The notes under the pieces were generated by a model. It saw only the letters and a list, made by a program, of their open reading frames with translations, ran no database searches and was not told where the DNA came from. Below, piece by piece: positions 62,680 to 64,000 of a stretch of 64,000 nucleotides of DNA; within the stretch, counting starts at the first letter, position 1; the number at the start of each line of letters is the position of its first letter. The DNA lies in the NCBI GenBank assembly GCA_020137815.1, contig CM035350.1:7192001-7256000 (forward strand), in the 5' to 3' direction. Origin of the DNA: Hormiphora californensis (lineage: Eukaryota; Animalia; Ctenophora). The position numbers were made by a program, and so were the translations under genes.

Positions 62680-62963
62680 TAAAGTCGGATTTTTTGAGTT
62701 GTCACCCGCCTTATAGCAATGGTATGTGACCTGGCATGTACCAGTTGCCATGCATCCTTCTAATTGGGTGTGGTACTGATAGGGCGCAATTATAATCTGG
62801 GTGCCTTGCAGTGTGTTTACAGGTGCACGCTGCCAAAAAAAGTACACCTAAAACCACTTAGACCGACTTTTTTCAAACAGCTATAGCCATATGGCCGATT
62901 TGAATAAACTAAACGGTATCTGATAGAGAATCATTCACCCGGGCGGGGAAAAATCCGACTTTA
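62680..62963. mobile_element. MITE sharing family-A termini, with a different interior
   Basis: TA-AAGTCGGATTTTT ... AAAAATCCGACTT-TA. Confidence 0.8.
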
Positions 62964-63127
62964 ACAATCCCTGTGTTTTACTATATATACTACAACGGGT
63001 GATTTTCTCCCATAAATGCGTCTGATTAACGACTATTACACACCATTTAGTGTTGAAGTCAACTCATGTTTTGGTAAAATATTCAACTGCATGATATTTC
63101 TGAATCAGTACTGATGTCCGAAACTCC

Positions 63128-63139
63128 CTCTCTCTCACC

Positions 63140-63235
<96 letters not shown>

Positions 63236-63240
63236 CTCTC
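63128..63240. repeat. (CT)n microsatellite
   Basis: Direct observation. Confidence 0.95.
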
Positions 63241-63864
63241 GCTTGTATGCTGCATTTAGAAAAAAAGAAAGAAAGACTCTGGACAAGGATCAATATTATG
63301 CACTGGGAAGAAAGCGATATTAGCAGAGACCTCTATGGATTTAGAGAGCTACCAACTCCCATACTAGTCTAAAAATCCGAGCACACGCTAAAACGATCAT
63401 CTGGGCAGGGAAAATATAAAGTTGTTCAAGTTGTATGATATAAATATAATAATGCTCGATCGTTGAGCTTGAGTTGACCCTCTCCCTTTATCTGTATCTC
63501 TCTTTTTTCTCTATAGTCTCTCCATATATCTCACTCCGTGACTAGCCTTTAATAATTCTTTAACTAGCTTTAATAATTCTTTGCCTTGGATTATCTCTCC
63601 ATTCTTTTATGTGTCTCTTACTCAAGCATCGGCGTGCCAAAGCTAATGGCTTTGTTTTTCATAATGGTTATATTGAGTTGAGGCCAAAAAGAGTTAGATG
63701 GATAGAGAGGGAGAGATAGAGAGAGACATCTTTCTAACTATCTGTCTATCTGTCTGTCTGTCATATCTGTCTTTATGTCTGTCTTTATGTCTGCCTGTCT
63801 ATCTGTCCGTCTGACTGCTCGTGGGAATAATTATTAACTCTGTGCCTGCTATTGCCAAAATGAT

Positions 63865-64000
63865 TCAGCTGTTAGTATAAGTAACCCTTTCAACAAACTA
63901 ACTGAGGTTATCGAAAAAGCTGAAAACTTCCATCTTCAAGTTAAAACCCCTGAAAAAATTCCCTTTTGTGTCGGATGATTTCACCAATCACCCTAATCCC
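63865..64000 (+). repeat. Degenerate duplicate of MIC60-like exon 4 and the following intron start
   Basis: gattcagctgttagta..ttcaacaaactaactgaggttatcgaaaaagctgaaaacttc matches about 59328-59400. The downstream sequence matches about 59400-59485, but the GT donor is lost. Confidence 0.8.

Overview
Eukaryotic, intron-rich animal DNA. The gene set, short introns, nested genes and operon-like spacing would fit a ctenophore or another non-bilaterian, but that is inference only. Genes reconstructed by hand from splice sites: (1) an SLC35F-type transporter (+, 9578-18084) with a pair of duplicated 68-nt alternative exons and a multi-exon orphan gene nested antisense in a 5.5-kb intron; (2) three unannotated exons encoding the PDE7A1-type N-terminus with two PKA pseudosubstrate motifs (+, 23081-23707), with no catalytic exons found in the remaining 40 kb; (3) axonemal dynein DNAH7 (-, 51885-25956), with an antisense GPCR nested in one intron; (4) a tight divergent cluster, UBE2U->DNAH7 and PLD6/Zucchini->TUBGCP4->MIC60-like, with 150-200 bp gaps and unpaired splice acceptors just before the start codons; (5) two tandem pentraxin-like genes antisense to the MIC60-like gene. 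The non-coding DNA holds about a dozen mostly TA-flanked foldback/MITE elements. The largest are near-perfect 1.0-1.65 kb palindromes. One of these (47058-48708) is the left end of a Tc1/mariner transposon folded back on itself, including the start of its transposase, and lies inside a dynein intron. Positions 1-9450 are a repeat island: a 558-bp tandem array, a C2H2 zinc-finger gene and LINE tails. Several single-base indels in DNAH7 look like assembly errors. All homology calls are from recognition of motifs, not from database searches.
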